A DNA stretch of 64,000 bases from Nitrospiria bacterium (GCA_919902495.1 CAKKRC010000012.1:4714-68713), one strand, 5' to 3'; positions 29,874 through 38,847 are shown, counted from the stretch's first letter. The notes: generated by a model not told the origin, from the letters alone. Translations and numbers: made by a program.

Positions 29874-31846
29874 TGCTATTCCGTTCCCGGGTGTTAATTT
29901 CACAGCGTCACACCCAGGCATGCAGAACGCTCCGTTCTGCATGCCTTTTTATTTGCTTCTCCCTCTTCGCCTCCCTCCTGACGGGGGCCGCCGCTGCCGC
30001 GGGGACTCCGTCGGACGGGTACCTCGGAGAGCTGCAGCGGCTGGCCCGGGAAAAAGGGCTTGCGCGTGCGCGGACGTGGGAGGTGCTGCTCCACTACAAG
30101 CCCGCCGGTTCCGGCATCAAGAGCCTGGTGGACGATCCGCGCTTTTTCAATGCGCCGGACGGCAGCCGCGATCCCGGGGCAGAACTGAACGCGACGCTCA
30201 CGGCATTCTTCCAGGATGTCGTGAAGGAGGACGAGGAGCATCCGCGCTGCCGCTTCATCGCCCGGTACACCTGGCTTCGCGAGGAATTGGCCATCGACGA
30301 GCAGAAGCTGCCGAAGGCCGACTGCATCAAGTTCGAGAAGGCGTTGGCCGCGGTGAACCCCCGATCCGTGGTGCTGGTCTTTCCCAACACCCTCCTGAAC
30401 AGCCCTTCGTCCATGTTCGGCCATACCTTGCTCCGGATCAACACGCAGTACGAGAGCGATCTTCTTTCCCACGCGGTCAATTATGCCGCCATTACCGGTG
30501 ATACCCTCGGTCTTTTTTATGCGGTCAAGGGCATCTTCGGATTCTATCACGGCCGCTATTCCAACCTGCCGTACTACGAGAAGGTGCGGGAGTACAGCGA
30601 CCTGGAGCACCGGGACATCTGGGAGTACCATCTGGACCTGACGCCCGACGAGGCTTACCGCGTGTTCCTGCATATCTGGGAGATGAAGGAGTTCTATGCG
30701 AACTACTACTTCTTCGACCAGAACTGCTCATTCAATCTTCTCTTTCTGATCGAGGCGGGACGACCATCGCTCCGGCTCACCGATGAGTTCTACGGCAAGC
30801 TTCATTTCTGGGTCATCCCGGTGGACACGGTCCGCGCCGTGCAGAAGTTCGGGGTCGTGACCAAGGTGACGTACAGGCCGTCGCAGGGGACGAAGATCCT
30901 GAGGATCGCTTCGGACATGGACGATGGCCTCAAGGGAAAGGCCTTTGCGATCGTGGACCGGAAGCTGACGCCGCAAAGCGTGCTGACGGAGGACCTGCCT
31001 GTAGAGAAGAAACGGATCGTCCTGGACCTGGCCGCGGAGCTTTCCCAATACCGCGGCGCTCTTCGCATGCTGGAGCGGGACCAGTTCCAAAGACAGTTCC
31101 TGGACGTTCTCTCCGCCCGCAGCATCCTTGGCATACCTCCGACAGACCCGTATCCGATCGCGACACCGACGCAGCCTGACCAGGGGCATCTGTCCAGCAG
31201 GTTCCGCGGGGGAGGGGGCTACCGGACGGGATCGTGGTTCACGGAGCTTGAGTGGCGGCCGGCGTACCACGACATCACGGACCTTGACGAGGGATATGTC
31301 CGGGGCGCGCAGATCAACTTCATGGATATGTCATTCCGGTATTACTTTGACGAGGATAAACTGCGGCTGCACCGGTGGCATGTGATCGACATCGTTTCCC
31401 TGTCACCGTGGAACGGCATTTTCAAGCCCATTTCCTGGAAGGTGAACGCCGGCGCGGAAGAGATGCTGCTTCGCGACGGCAAGGAACATCCCGTGCCCCG
31501 CTTGAACGCCGGCGGCGGGATGAGCGGGAGCGTCGGGACTACGGGCAGGGCATACCTCCTGGCCGAGGCCGACCTCAATGCGAGCAGCCGCCTGGAGAAG
31601 GACTATGCCCTCGGCTTCGGCGGCACCGCCGGTCTCATGACGAACCTGACGACGGACTGGAAGGTGAACCTCTGGGCGCAGGGGCTGTTCTACGGCGCGG
31701 GGGATGAGCATCGGAGCGTCGCGGCGGGATTGCAGCAGAACCTTCGCTTCACGACGAACACCAGCCTGTCGCTGGACGCGAAGCGGGAACAGACATTCAA
31801 CATCTACAAGACCGACATTGTGCTGCGCGGGAACTGGTACTACTGA
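29873..31846 (+). CDS. DUF4105 (Lnb N-terminal-like) protein with probable C-terminal beta-barrel
   Basis: W..LLHY, CRF.ARY.WL, SPSSMFGHTLLRI, E.RDIWEY.L, YYFF..NCS. Amphipathic strands ending WYY. ATG overlaps upstream stop (TAATG); start uncertain. Confidence 0.85.
   Translation: MLFRSRVLISQRHTQACRTLRSACLFICFSLFASLLTGAAAAAGTPSDGYLGELQRLAREKGLARARTWEVLLHYKPAGSGIKSLVDDPRFFNAPDGSRDPGAELNATLTAFFQDVVKEDEEHPRCRFIARYTWLREELAIDEQKLPKADCIKFEKALAAVNPRSVVLVFPNTLLNSPSSMFGHTLLRINTQYESDLLSHAVNYAAITGDTLGLFYAVKGIFGFYHGRYSNLPYYEKVREYSDLEHRDIWEYHLDLTPDEAYRVFLHIWEMKEFYANYYFFDQNCSFNLLFLIEAGRPSLRLTDEFYGKLHFWVIPVDTVRAVQKFGVVTKVTYRPSQGTKILRIASDMDDGLKGKAFAIVDRKLTPQSVLTEDLPVEKKRIVLDLAAELSQYRGALRMLERDQFQRQFLDVLSARSILGIPPTDPYPIATPTQPDQGHLSSRFRGGGGYRTGSWFTELEWRPAYHDITDLDEGYVRGAQINFMDMSFRYYFDEDKLRLHRWHVIDIVSLSPWNGIFKPISWKVNAGAEEMLLRDGKEHPVPRLNAGGGMSGSVGTTGRAYLLAEADLNASSRLEKDYALGFGGTAGLMTNLTTDWKVNLWAQGLFYGAGDEHRSVAAGLQQNLRFTTNTSLSLDAKREQTFNIYKTDIVLRGNWYY
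29916..29954 (+). terminator. Terminator-like hairpin inside 5' end of DUF4105 gene
   Basis: Perfect 14-bp stem AGGCATGCAGAACG-ctc-CGTTCTGCATGCCT followed by TTTTATTT. Confidence 0.7.
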
Positions 31847-31884
31847 GCGAACGGGGATCGATAGGATTGCTATCCTCTTCAGCA

Positions 31885-31966
31885 GTCATTGCGAGCGTCT
31901 AAGAGGAGCTCGGCGATCTCGGTGCGGGGCATGAGATTGCTTCGTCACGCTGTTCCTCGCAATGAC
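31885..31966. repeat. Palindromic REP-like element (GTCATTGCGAG...CTCGCAATGAC)
   Basis: 11-bp terminal IR with internal gcgatctc / gagattgc IR. Confidence 0.75.
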
Positions 31967-31989
31967 ACAATGAGGGACAGATTAGCAAT

Positions 31990-32021
31990 AAAAAAAGGCC
32001 GCGCACACAGCGCGGCCTTTG
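31990..32021 (-). terminator. Intrinsic terminator
   Basis: AAAAAAAGGCCGCGC...GCGCGGCCTTT. Confidence 0.75.
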
Positions 32022-32054
32022 CTGCTCCTATTGTTAGGAGCGAATCCGGCTGCC

Positions 32055-32936
32055 TTAGTCGGTCTTGCGCCGCATGAAGCTGGGCATGGGGATGAGCCCG
32101 CGGCGCTCGCCCGAGTCCTGCTGGACCGACTTGTTCTCCGTCGAATCCATGTCCAGGCTGTCCTTCGTAGAGCTGCGGACCATGCTCCCGTACGCGACGG
32201 CGTTCGGAGTGCTTTCCTGGACGATCATGCCGATCGCGGTCTTATCCTTCACGTCCCTGATCTCGATCAGTCCGGTCTCTATCGTCTCCACGTCGAGCAC
32301 TTCGCCCGTCTTCGGATGCTTGATGATCTTTCCTTCCTTGAAGACGATGAACTTCATGCCCGGCCTGACGCCGATCTGCTTGCCCAGGTCGATCGTAACC
32401 TTCTTGTCGACCCGCTGGACGATATAGCCCTCCATGGGGAAGGCAAGGACGATCTTGTCGGTGATCTTGTTGACGAGGTCGCGCAGTTTTTCCGCGCTTC
32501 CGGCCCGCACCTTCTCGGCCGCGATGATCGATGCCGAGTCAACGTTGATGAGCCGGGCATTGATCTCCGTGTAGCCTTCGAGGCTTGTTACCGTGCCGGA
32601 GACGATGATCCTGACGCCGAGGATCTTGCCGAGCTGTGCCGCGCTGTTCGGGTCGATGGCGCCGGTAACGCCGAGTTTCTGCTCTTCGAGGAGCTTCTCG
32701 AGCAGCCGACGCTCGATCACGTCGAAGCGGCCGGTCTCGACGAGGCCGGTGATGAGCCACTCGGCCACGATCTTGCCCATGTCCTTCGCCGAGGTCTGCT
32801 CGCCTTGCATCTGGAAGTCAAGCACGGCGATCTTGGTTTTTTTGAACTGGGCGTGGGCCGGTGACCACATGCCAAGGACCAGGAGCAGGATTGCGGTCAG
32901 TGCGGACAGGAGCAGTGCGAATCGAGCATGTTTCAT
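32055..32936 (-). CDS. CsgG/FlgO-like + FlgT C-terminal domain protein
   Basis: Signal peptide. KIAVLDF, TGRFDVIER, EQKL, LGKILG, ARLINV, IDLG...G...GM.F.V..EG..IKHPKTGEVL. Confidence 0.85.
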   Translation of the reverse strand: MKHARFALLLSALTAILLLVLGMWSPAHAQFKKTKIAVLDFQMQGEQTSAKDMGKIVAEWLITGLVETGRFDVIERRLLEKLLEEQKLGVTGAIDPNSAAQLGKILGVRIIVSGTVTSLEGYTEINARLINVDSASIIAAEKVRAGSAEKLRDLVNKITDKIVLAFPMEGYIVQRVDKKVTIDLGKQIGVRPGMKFIVFKEGKIIKHPKTGEVLDVETIETGLIEIRDVKDKTAIGMIVQESTPNAVAYGSMVRSSTKDSLDMDSTENKSVQQDSGERRGLIPMPSFMRRKTD

Positions 32937-32967
32937 CGATCGTTACCTCGTCGGATAAAGTTAGGTC

Positions 32968-32996
32968 ATTCTAAAGATGTGTGTACGGTTTGTCAA
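32968..32996 (-). promoter_or_regulatory. sigma70-type promoter
   Basis: Minus strand TTGACA-17nt-TAGAAT. Confidence 0.7.
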
Positions 32997-33069
32997 GATA
33001 AAGGATAGCTGAAGGGCTTACGTGCCATTTTGCAAGAAACAAGACGGGTGAAGGAAGGAATTGACGATG

Positions 33070-33106
33070 AAAAAAAACGAAAGACAGCCATACGGTCTGT
33101 CTTTCG
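33070..33106 (-). terminator. Intrinsic terminator
   Basis: Minus strand CGAAAGACAG...CTGTCTTTCG followed by T8. Confidence 0.8.
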
Positions 33107-33137
33107 ATCGAAGATTCGGCAATAGTTGCTGTACTAT

Positions 33138-33854
33138 CTAGAACGTGTAGGTTGCTCCGAATGTAACTCCTGTAAATGTATCCGTATAATTGTCCCCGCT
33201 GAAGGCCTGGCTTTTATATCCAATGTTTGCCGAGAAGTAATTGCTCAGCGCAAAGGCCAGACCAATCTCAAGTGCGGCACCGGCCACATCATCCGTATCA
33301 GATGGTGAGCCATCGGTATAGGATAACTCCCAGTCCATATTCATTATGGCGAGGCTTCCATACAATGCAACTGTTTCGTTAAACGGGTAGTTGCCCTGGA
33401 TTCCGATGCCGGGCCCGCTAATTGTTTGGGATCCCAGTTTTTCATTATTGAATCCCAAAGGAGCATAGGTGTAGTTGACATCACCTTTAATCGACTTATA
33501 GCCGACAAAAGCGCCGAAATATGGATTGAACATGTAGCCCGCGACGAAGTCAGCATCGCTTCTGTCAATGGTCATCTTGTCACCAGTGAAGAAGGCATTG
33601 GTGGCTTCGTAATCTGACATGGATTTCATATAGGATAATCCGAGATACATGTTGTTGCTAAATTTTATATTCACTGCCGGGCCTACCATGAGCGCTGAGC
33701 CCAGATCGAAGGTTTCGCCCGTTATGTCGTCCGTTTCTTCCCAACTGTTTTGCCATGCCTTGATGGCAACTGAAACCTTTGTGTCCTCCGCAAACGCCAT
33801 TCCTGACATGAACACAAACATGCTGAGGATAAAAAAAACGAGCAGCTTCTTCAT
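33138..33854 (-). CDS. Outer-membrane beta-barrel protein
   Basis: Signal peptide (AFA), alternating amphipathic strands, C-terminal YTF. Lower GC than neighbours. Confidence 0.85.
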   Translation of the reverse strand: MKKLLVFFILSMFVFMSGMAFAEDTKVSVAIKAWQNSWEETDDITGETFDLGSALMVGPAVNIKFSNNMYLGLSYMKSMSDYEATNAFFTGDKMTIDRSDADFVAGYMFNPYFGAFVGYKSIKGDVNYTYAPLGFNNEKLGSQTISGPGIGIQGNYPFNETVALYGSLAIMNMDWELSYTDGSPSDTDDVAGAALEIGLAFALSNYFSANIGYKSQAFSGDNYTDTFTGVTFGATYTF

Positions 33855-33935
33855 GGTATTCCCCTTTCATGATATAAGGTTCACTGAACCTGCGCATTCA
33901 GTGTGTGGCTTTTTTTGTAGCTTACCATGGACTGA

Positions 33936-34811
33936 TTAAAATGTTGGCATGGGGATAGCGGGCTTCTTCGGGCCTCCTGGCGCCCTGTCGGATCGCGAAG
34001 GCGTTCTCTGGGACTCCCACTCGTCACTGTTGACCAGCTGTCCTTTGATCGCGCTGCGAACCATGGTGCCATAGGACACGGCCTCTTGCACGGACTCCTT
34101 GCTTACATCGCCCGTAGCCGTCTTCTCTCGCGCCTCGGTGATCTCGATCTCGCCGACCTCGATCGTTTCTACATCGAGAACCTCTCCTGTCTTTGGGTGT
34201 TTGATTACCCGTCCTTCCTTGAAGGCGATAAACCGCATGCCGGGCCTGACGCCCACCTGCCTACCCAGGTCAAGGGTCACACGCTTTCCAACCCGCTGGA
34301 CCACGTATCCTTCAAGAGGGAAGGCTAAAACGATCTTTTCCGTGATCTGCGACACGAGGTCATTAAGACGGCCGGCGCTGCCTGCCCGTACTTTTTCTGC
34401 CGCTACGATAGATGCCGTATCCACATTGATCAGCCGGGCATTGATCTCAATAATTCCTTCTAAGCTTGTGAGAGTGCCGGAGACGATGGTCTTGACGCCC
34501 AGGATCTTGCCGAGTTGGGCCGCGCTGTTCGGGTCGATGGCGCCGGTAACGCCGAGCTTCTGCTCTTCGAGGATTTTCTCAAGAAGCCGCCGCTCGATCA
34601 CATCGAACCTGCCGGTCTCGACCAGGCCGGTGATTAGCCACTCCGCCACGATTTTGCCCATGTCTTTCGAGGAAAAGCTCTCACCTTGCAACTGGAAGTC
34701 GAGAACGGCTATCTTGGTCTTTTTGAAGTCGGCCGACGCTATCGACGGCGGCAGGAGCATGGCCGCGCTGACCAGAATGCGGAGAATGGTCCTCTGAGTG
34801 AAGGTCGGCAT
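33936..34811 (-). CDS. CsgG/FlgO-like + FlgT C-terminal domain protein (paralog of 32055-32936)
   Basis: Near-identical blocks FKKTKIAVLDFQ and DMGKIVAEWLITGLVETGRFDVIERRLLEK. Confidence 0.85.
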   Translation of the reverse strand: MPTFTQRTILRILVSAAMLLPPSIASADFKKTKIAVLDFQLQGESFSSKDMGKIVAEWLITGLVETGRFDVIERRLLEKILEEQKLGVTGAIDPNSAAQLGKILGVKTIVSGTLTSLEGIIEINARLINVDTASIVAAEKVRAGSAGRLNDLVSQITEKIVLAFPLEGYVVQRVGKRVTLDLGRQVGVRPGMRFIAFKEGRVIKHPKTGEVLDVETIEVGEIEITEAREKTATGDVSKESVQEAVSYGTMVRSAIKGQLVNSDEWESQRTPSRSDRAPGGPKKPAIPMPTF

Positions 34812-34874
34812 GCGGGGGGCCTCGTCGGGATGGATTATAAACAACTGCGGTAAGGCGCAGACTCAACTTAAGTA

Positions 34875-34903
34875 ATTCTATAGGACGCCCTTCTAATTGT
34901 CAA
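34875..34903 (-). promoter_or_regulatory. sigma70-type promoter
   Basis: Minus strand TTGACA-17nt-TAGAAT. Confidence 0.65.
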
Positions 34904-34975
34904 GGCGGCAACTAGGAGCGGAAAAACTGCGCTGTATGTTGTCCAGACCGGAAAAAACCGCAGGGAAAACAACGC

Positions 34976-35004
34976 TTGACAATCTAGCCCGTTCCTTTTA
35001 ATAT
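34976..35004 (+). promoter_or_regulatory. tRNA promoter
   Basis: TTGACA-17nt-TAATAT followed by a GC-rich discriminator. Confidence 0.7.
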
Positions 35005-35013
35005 GAGCCCCGT

Positions 35014-35100
35014 GCCGAAGTGGTGGAACTGGTAGACGCGCTGCGTTCAGGGCGCAGTGGGAGCAATCCCGTGGGGGTTCGAGTCCCCCCTTCGGCACCA
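35014..35100 (+). tRNA. tRNA-Leu (anticodon CAG)
   Basis: Acceptor GCCGAAG/CTTCGGC+ACCA, D-arm GGAACTGGTAGAC, anticodon stem CTGCG-TTCAGGG-CGCAG, long variable arm, GGTTCGAGTCC. Confidence 0.97.
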
Positions 35101-35123
35101 TTTCTCAAAACCCAAGAGCTCCT

Positions 35124-35190
35124 GCCGCAGATTTCGCCAATCAACGCAGATCAAACCAGCGTTCTTCCCTGTCTGCGGGACCTGCGGATA
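35124..35190. repeat. Degenerate inverted repeat element (CGCAGAT family)
   Basis: gccgcagat-ttcgccaat-caacgcagat ... tctgcggga-cctgcggat. Confidence 0.5.
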
Positions 35191-35205
35191 ACGAGATCAT
35201 CTCCT

Positions 35206-36000
35206 ATGAAAAAGACCATATTTCTATTACTGTTCGCGCTCGTTGCCGGTTGCGGCAAGGAACCGCCCTTCGACCCGGTCGAGAAGTTCAAGGAAGCCGA
35301 GGAGCAGATGCAGAAGTTCAGGTACGAGGACGCCCGCAAGGCGTACCAGGAGATCCAGGAGAAGGCGCCGGACCGGAGCTACGACGCGGACATCATGCTC
35401 AGGATCGCGGACACGTACTACGGCGAGGAGAAGTACAGCGAGGCCCTGGTGGAATACCAGGCCTTTATCAACTTTCACCCCGTGCACCGGGATGCCTCCT
35501 ATGCGCAGTACCAGATCGGAATGTGCAGCTACCAGGAGCTTACGACCATCGATCGCGATCCCGCGGTCACCCGCGCCGCGCTCAAGGAGTTCCAGAACCT
35601 GCTCGTGAAGTATCCGGGGAACCCCTACGAGGAGGAGGCGAAGAAATACATCGCCATCTGCAAGGAACGGCTCGCCGAGTACGAGCTGTACGTGGGAAAG
35701 TTCTACCATAAGAAGGGGTCCTACCCGGCCGCGGTTGGAAGGCTGGAGAGACTTCTGAAGGATTATCCCGGAAGTTCAGTGGAGAAAGACGCCCTCTATT
35801 ATACCGGTCTCTCCTATCAGGAATTGTCCGAATCAGAGGTAAGCGACGAGGAGATCAAGGAAAAGGGCAAGGAAAAGATCTCCGCGGAAAAAAAGAGCCA
35901 GAAAGCGCTGGCGCTCAAGAACTTTGAGCTCCTCGCCGCCAGGCACCCGGACATGGCCAAAAAGGTAAGCTCCCACATCGCGAAGCTCCGAACCCCATGA
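35206..36000 (+). CDS. bamD: Outer membrane protein assembly factor BamD
   Basis: Lipobox VAGC, TPRs, F...HP.H..A.YA.Y, DRD..., YP.NPY, LAEYE.YV.KFY. Confidence 0.9.
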   Translation: MKKTIFLLLFALVAGCGKEPPFDPVEKFKEAEEQMQKFRYEDARKAYQEIQEKAPDRSYDADIMLRIADTYYGEEKYSEALVEYQAFINFHPVHRDASYAQYQIGMCSYQELTTIDRDPAVTRAALKEFQNLLVKYPGNPYEEEAKKYIAICKERLAEYELYVGKFYHKKGSYPAAVGRLERLLKDYPGSSVEKDALYYTGLSYQELSESEVSDEEIKEKGKEKISAEKKSQKALALKNFELLAARHPDMAKKVSSHIAKLRTP

Positions 36001-36635
36001 AGTACTATCCCGCCTTTCTCGATCTGCGCGACCGCCCCTGTCTGGTCGTTGGCGGCGGCCCGGTCGCCGAGCGCAAGGCCATCTCCCTCTTTGATGCGGG
36101 CGCAGACCTCTCCGTGGTGAGCCCCACGCTCACGCCCGCCCTCCACGAGCTTGCCGACAAGGGCAAGATCACTTATCGAAAAAAGAACTTCGACCAGCAT
36201 GATCTCACCGGGATGTTCCTCGCGGTCGCCGCGACCGATGATGGCGCGGTGAACATGGCCGTTGCTCATGCCTGCCGGAAGAACGGTGTTCTCGTCAATG
36301 TGGCGACCGCTCCCGATGAAGGAACGTTCGTCGTTCCTTCGGTGGTGGAGCGGGGCGACCTGCTGATCGCCATCTCGACCTGCGGGGACAGCCCGGCGCT
36401 GGCCCGGCGGATCCGGGAAGAGCTGGAGCGGACCTACGGGCCGGAATACGGGGTATTTCTCGAGAAGATGGCATTGCTGCGGAGGAAGCTCCTCCAGGAA
36501 GTGCCGAACGAGGAGGACCGGCGGAAGGTATTTCAGGCGCTGGTCGATGCGGACATCGTGTATTTGCTGCGGGCGGGACAGGTCCACGAGGCTGACAATC
36601 GGATCGCGGAGATCGTGAAGGCCGTTGCCGGATAG
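35997..36635 (+). CDS. Precorrin-2 dehydrogenase/sirohydrochlorin ferrochelatase (CysG N-terminal/Met8-like)
   Basis: YYP.FLDL, LVVGGG.VA.RK, AATDD..VN, F..PS...RG.L.IAIST.G.SPALAR. Confidence 0.92.
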   Translation: MKYYPAFLDLRDRPCLVVGGGPVAERKAISLFDAGADLSVVSPTLTPALHELADKGKITYRKKNFDQHDLTGMFLAVAATDDGAVNMAVAHACRKNGVLVNVATAPDEGTFVVPSVVERGDLLIAISTCGDSPALARRIREELERTYGPEYGVFLEKMALLRRKLLQEVPNEEDRRKVFQALVDADIVYLLRAGQVHEADNRIAEIVKAVAG

Positions 36636-36653
36636 GCCCTGCCGTCAATGCGG

Positions 36654-38732
36654 CTACTTCTTGAAAAGCTTTGAGAACATGCCGCTCTTCTTCTCTTCGG
36701 TGGTTGATCCCGCCACGGTGCCGCCTGCCGCTTTGATGGCGTCCGTTAGTTTCGGCGCATCGGGGAAGCGCATCAGGGCGTTGTTGAGGATGCCGAGCCC
36801 TTTCGTCTTGTGTCCGCTCTTGATATAGAAATTCCCGAGCTCGAGATGATGTTCCAGCTTTGCGGCATCCAACTCGAGGGCCTTCCGCAGGGGTTCTTCC
36901 GCATCATCCCGCCGCCGTGCAATATTGAGCAGACAGATGCCGAGATAGTACTGGTACTGCGCCTTCGTAGGATCCAGCTTGGCGGCATCGGCGAGCCCGT
37001 TCACCGCCGCGCCGAAATTGTTCGCCCGTAATTCCTTCATGCCGCCGTTGAATTTTTCCAGCGCTTGCGCCGCGTTCCCCTTGGTGACCTTTGGACGCGC
37101 CCCCGATTGCTGCTTGGTCTCGCCTGCGGCTACAGCGGAGAGCTTGCCTTCACCTGCCGCCGCGATGGCTTCATTGATCCGCGGAGAATCAGGATGGTGG
37201 TTCAGGGCGTTGTTGAGCACGCCGATCGCCTTGGTCTTGAGCCCGCTCTTGATGTACAGGTTGCTCAGCTCGATGTGGTATTCGATCTTGGTGGGATCGA
37301 TCTCAATGGCCTTCTGCAGGTTCTCCTCCGATTCGTGCTTCCGGCGCGGAATGTTCATCAAACAGAGCCCCAGGTAGTAGAAATAGGGGGCCTTGATGGG
37401 GTCCAGCCGGGTGGCCCAGGCGAACTTTTCCTCGGCGCCCCAATAGTTCCCGGTCTTGAACTCCTGCATGCCGCTGTTGAACTGTTCCGCGGCGCGCACG
37501 GTGTTCTCCTTGTAGTGCTCCTGGTAGTCCTCGCCGCGCTGCTCGACGAACTCATCCGACGCCGCTGGACGCTTCTGGGACTGCGCGGCCCTTTTCAAGA
37601 CCGCCGCGTCATATTCTGCGCGTCTTGCCTGGTCGCTCAGGATCGTATAGGCCTTGTGGATCCGGTCGAACAGGGCCTCGAGCTTGTTCTTCATGTCCGC
37701 CATGGTAGGGTCGAAGTGCCGGTCGGGATGGTACGACTTGGCAAGTCGGAAGTAGGCGTGTTTGAGCTGCTGGGCGGTCGACGTTACCGTGACGCCGAGG
37801 ACCTGGTAGTGGTCCTGGGCCGCCAGGGCGTCGTATGCCTTCTGGATCGTCTCCCGCGTGGCGATGACCTCCGGTTCCGCGGGTCGTTCGGGCTTCTTTT
37901 CCTCTTTCTTTTCCCGGGCGGGGCGTACGGCCTCGCGTACGGCCTCGCGCGCGAATTCCATTTCTGCGTCGGTCTTGATCTTCCCGATCTCCGCCATCCG
38001 AAGGGAGAGCAGCAGGAACATGGCCTTCATGGCGTTGAAGTCGCCGACGCCGGACAGGCCGCAGATCTCTTCGATGCTCCGTTTGCCGTCGATGAAGGAG
38101 AAGACCGTTCTCTGTTCGTCGGTCAAGTGGGCATCCTGGAAGAGGCACGACGGGTCGGTGGCTGGACGGACGATGGTCGTGGGGGCGGGGAGGGACTTCC
38201 GGATCGCCTGCCACTCAAGGCTGGTGACACCTTCGAGGATCACGTTTCCCGTGCTCATCTGGAGCGGAATGATGTCCGCCATGGGCAGCGGGCCCTCGTC
38301 GAAGCGGTAGGTCCCCATGCGAACGCGGAAGAGGCTCAGGATGATCTGCATCACCTGGAGCTTCACTCCTTCCACGAGCGCCTGGGGCGTCATGAACCCG
38401 AGCTCCACGAGGATGGCGCCCTGCTTCTTTCTGGTCTTGGAAACAAGCTCTTCCGATGCCGCGCACTGTTGTTCGGTGAGCTTGCCGGCACGGACCAGGG
38501 ACCTGCCAAGCCAGTCCTCCTGCAGGCTCGACGCCGCGAAGGTGATGTCGCCGTTCTTGAAGTAGATCTTTTTTGCGACCTTTTCCGCGGTCTGGTCCTG
38601 GATGTAGTCAAAGACCGCCGTGCCTGTCATGGACCGGGCGCGGATGCTCTGGAACAACCAGGGGATGGTCATCTGCTTGATGTCCCCTGACAGGGGGATC
38701 GGCGTCTGGTCAGTGCAGGATTCTTCAGCCAT
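36654..38732 (-). CDS. DUF4388/PATAN-like + DnaJ (HPD) + TPR protein
   Basis: N-terminal LSGDI...IYF..G.I.FA.S...LG..L, J-domain HYQVLGV...YHPD, two duplicated TPR blocks. Confidence 0.85.
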   Translation of the reverse strand: MAEESCTDQTPIPLSGDIKQMTIPWLFQSIRARSMTGTAVFDYIQDQTAEKVAKKIYFKNGDITFAASSLQEDWLGRSLVRAGKLTEQQCAASEELVSKTRKKQGAILVELGFMTPQALVEGVKLQVMQIILSLFRVRMGTYRFDEGPLPMADIIPLQMSTGNVILEGVTSLEWQAIRKSLPAPTTIVRPATDPSCLFQDAHLTDEQRTVFSFIDGKRSIEEICGLSGVGDFNAMKAMFLLLSLRMAEIGKIKTDAEMEFAREAVREAVRPAREKKEEKKPERPAEPEVIATRETIQKAYDALAAQDHYQVLGVTVTSTAQQLKHAYFRLAKSYHPDRHFDPTMADMKNKLEALFDRIHKAYTILSDQARRAEYDAAVLKRAAQSQKRPAASDEFVEQRGEDYQEHYKENTVRAAEQFNSGMQEFKTGNYWGAEEKFAWATRLDPIKAPYFYYLGLCLMNIPRRKHESEENLQKAIEIDPTKIEYHIELSNLYIKSGLKTKAIGVLNNALNHHPDSPRINEAIAAAGEGKLSAVAAGETKQQSGARPKVTKGNAAQALEKFNGGMKELRANNFGAAVNGLADAAKLDPTKAQYQYYLGICLLNIARRRDDAEEPLRKALELDAAKLEHHLELGNFYIKSGHKTKGLGILNNALMRFPDAPKLTDAIKAAGGTVAGSTTEEKKSGMFSKLFKK

Positions 38733-38847
38733 GGCGGGAATTATATCAGGTTTCTGCAATTTTGTGGAGAGGAATATACACCTTTTTGTCCGGCCGGCCG
38801 CGTTTCCCCCCTTTACCTTCGCATCCGGTCTGTGCTAATATGCCCCT

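Noticed and set aside
35014-35100. tRNA-Leu as attachment site of the APE island
   Set aside because: The island lies 5' of the tRNA and ~8 kb away. No duplicated tRNA 3' fragment or integrase was seen.
35020-35205. N-terminal extension of bamD ORF
   Set aside because: It runs through the tRNA. The lipoprotein signal begins at ATG 35206.
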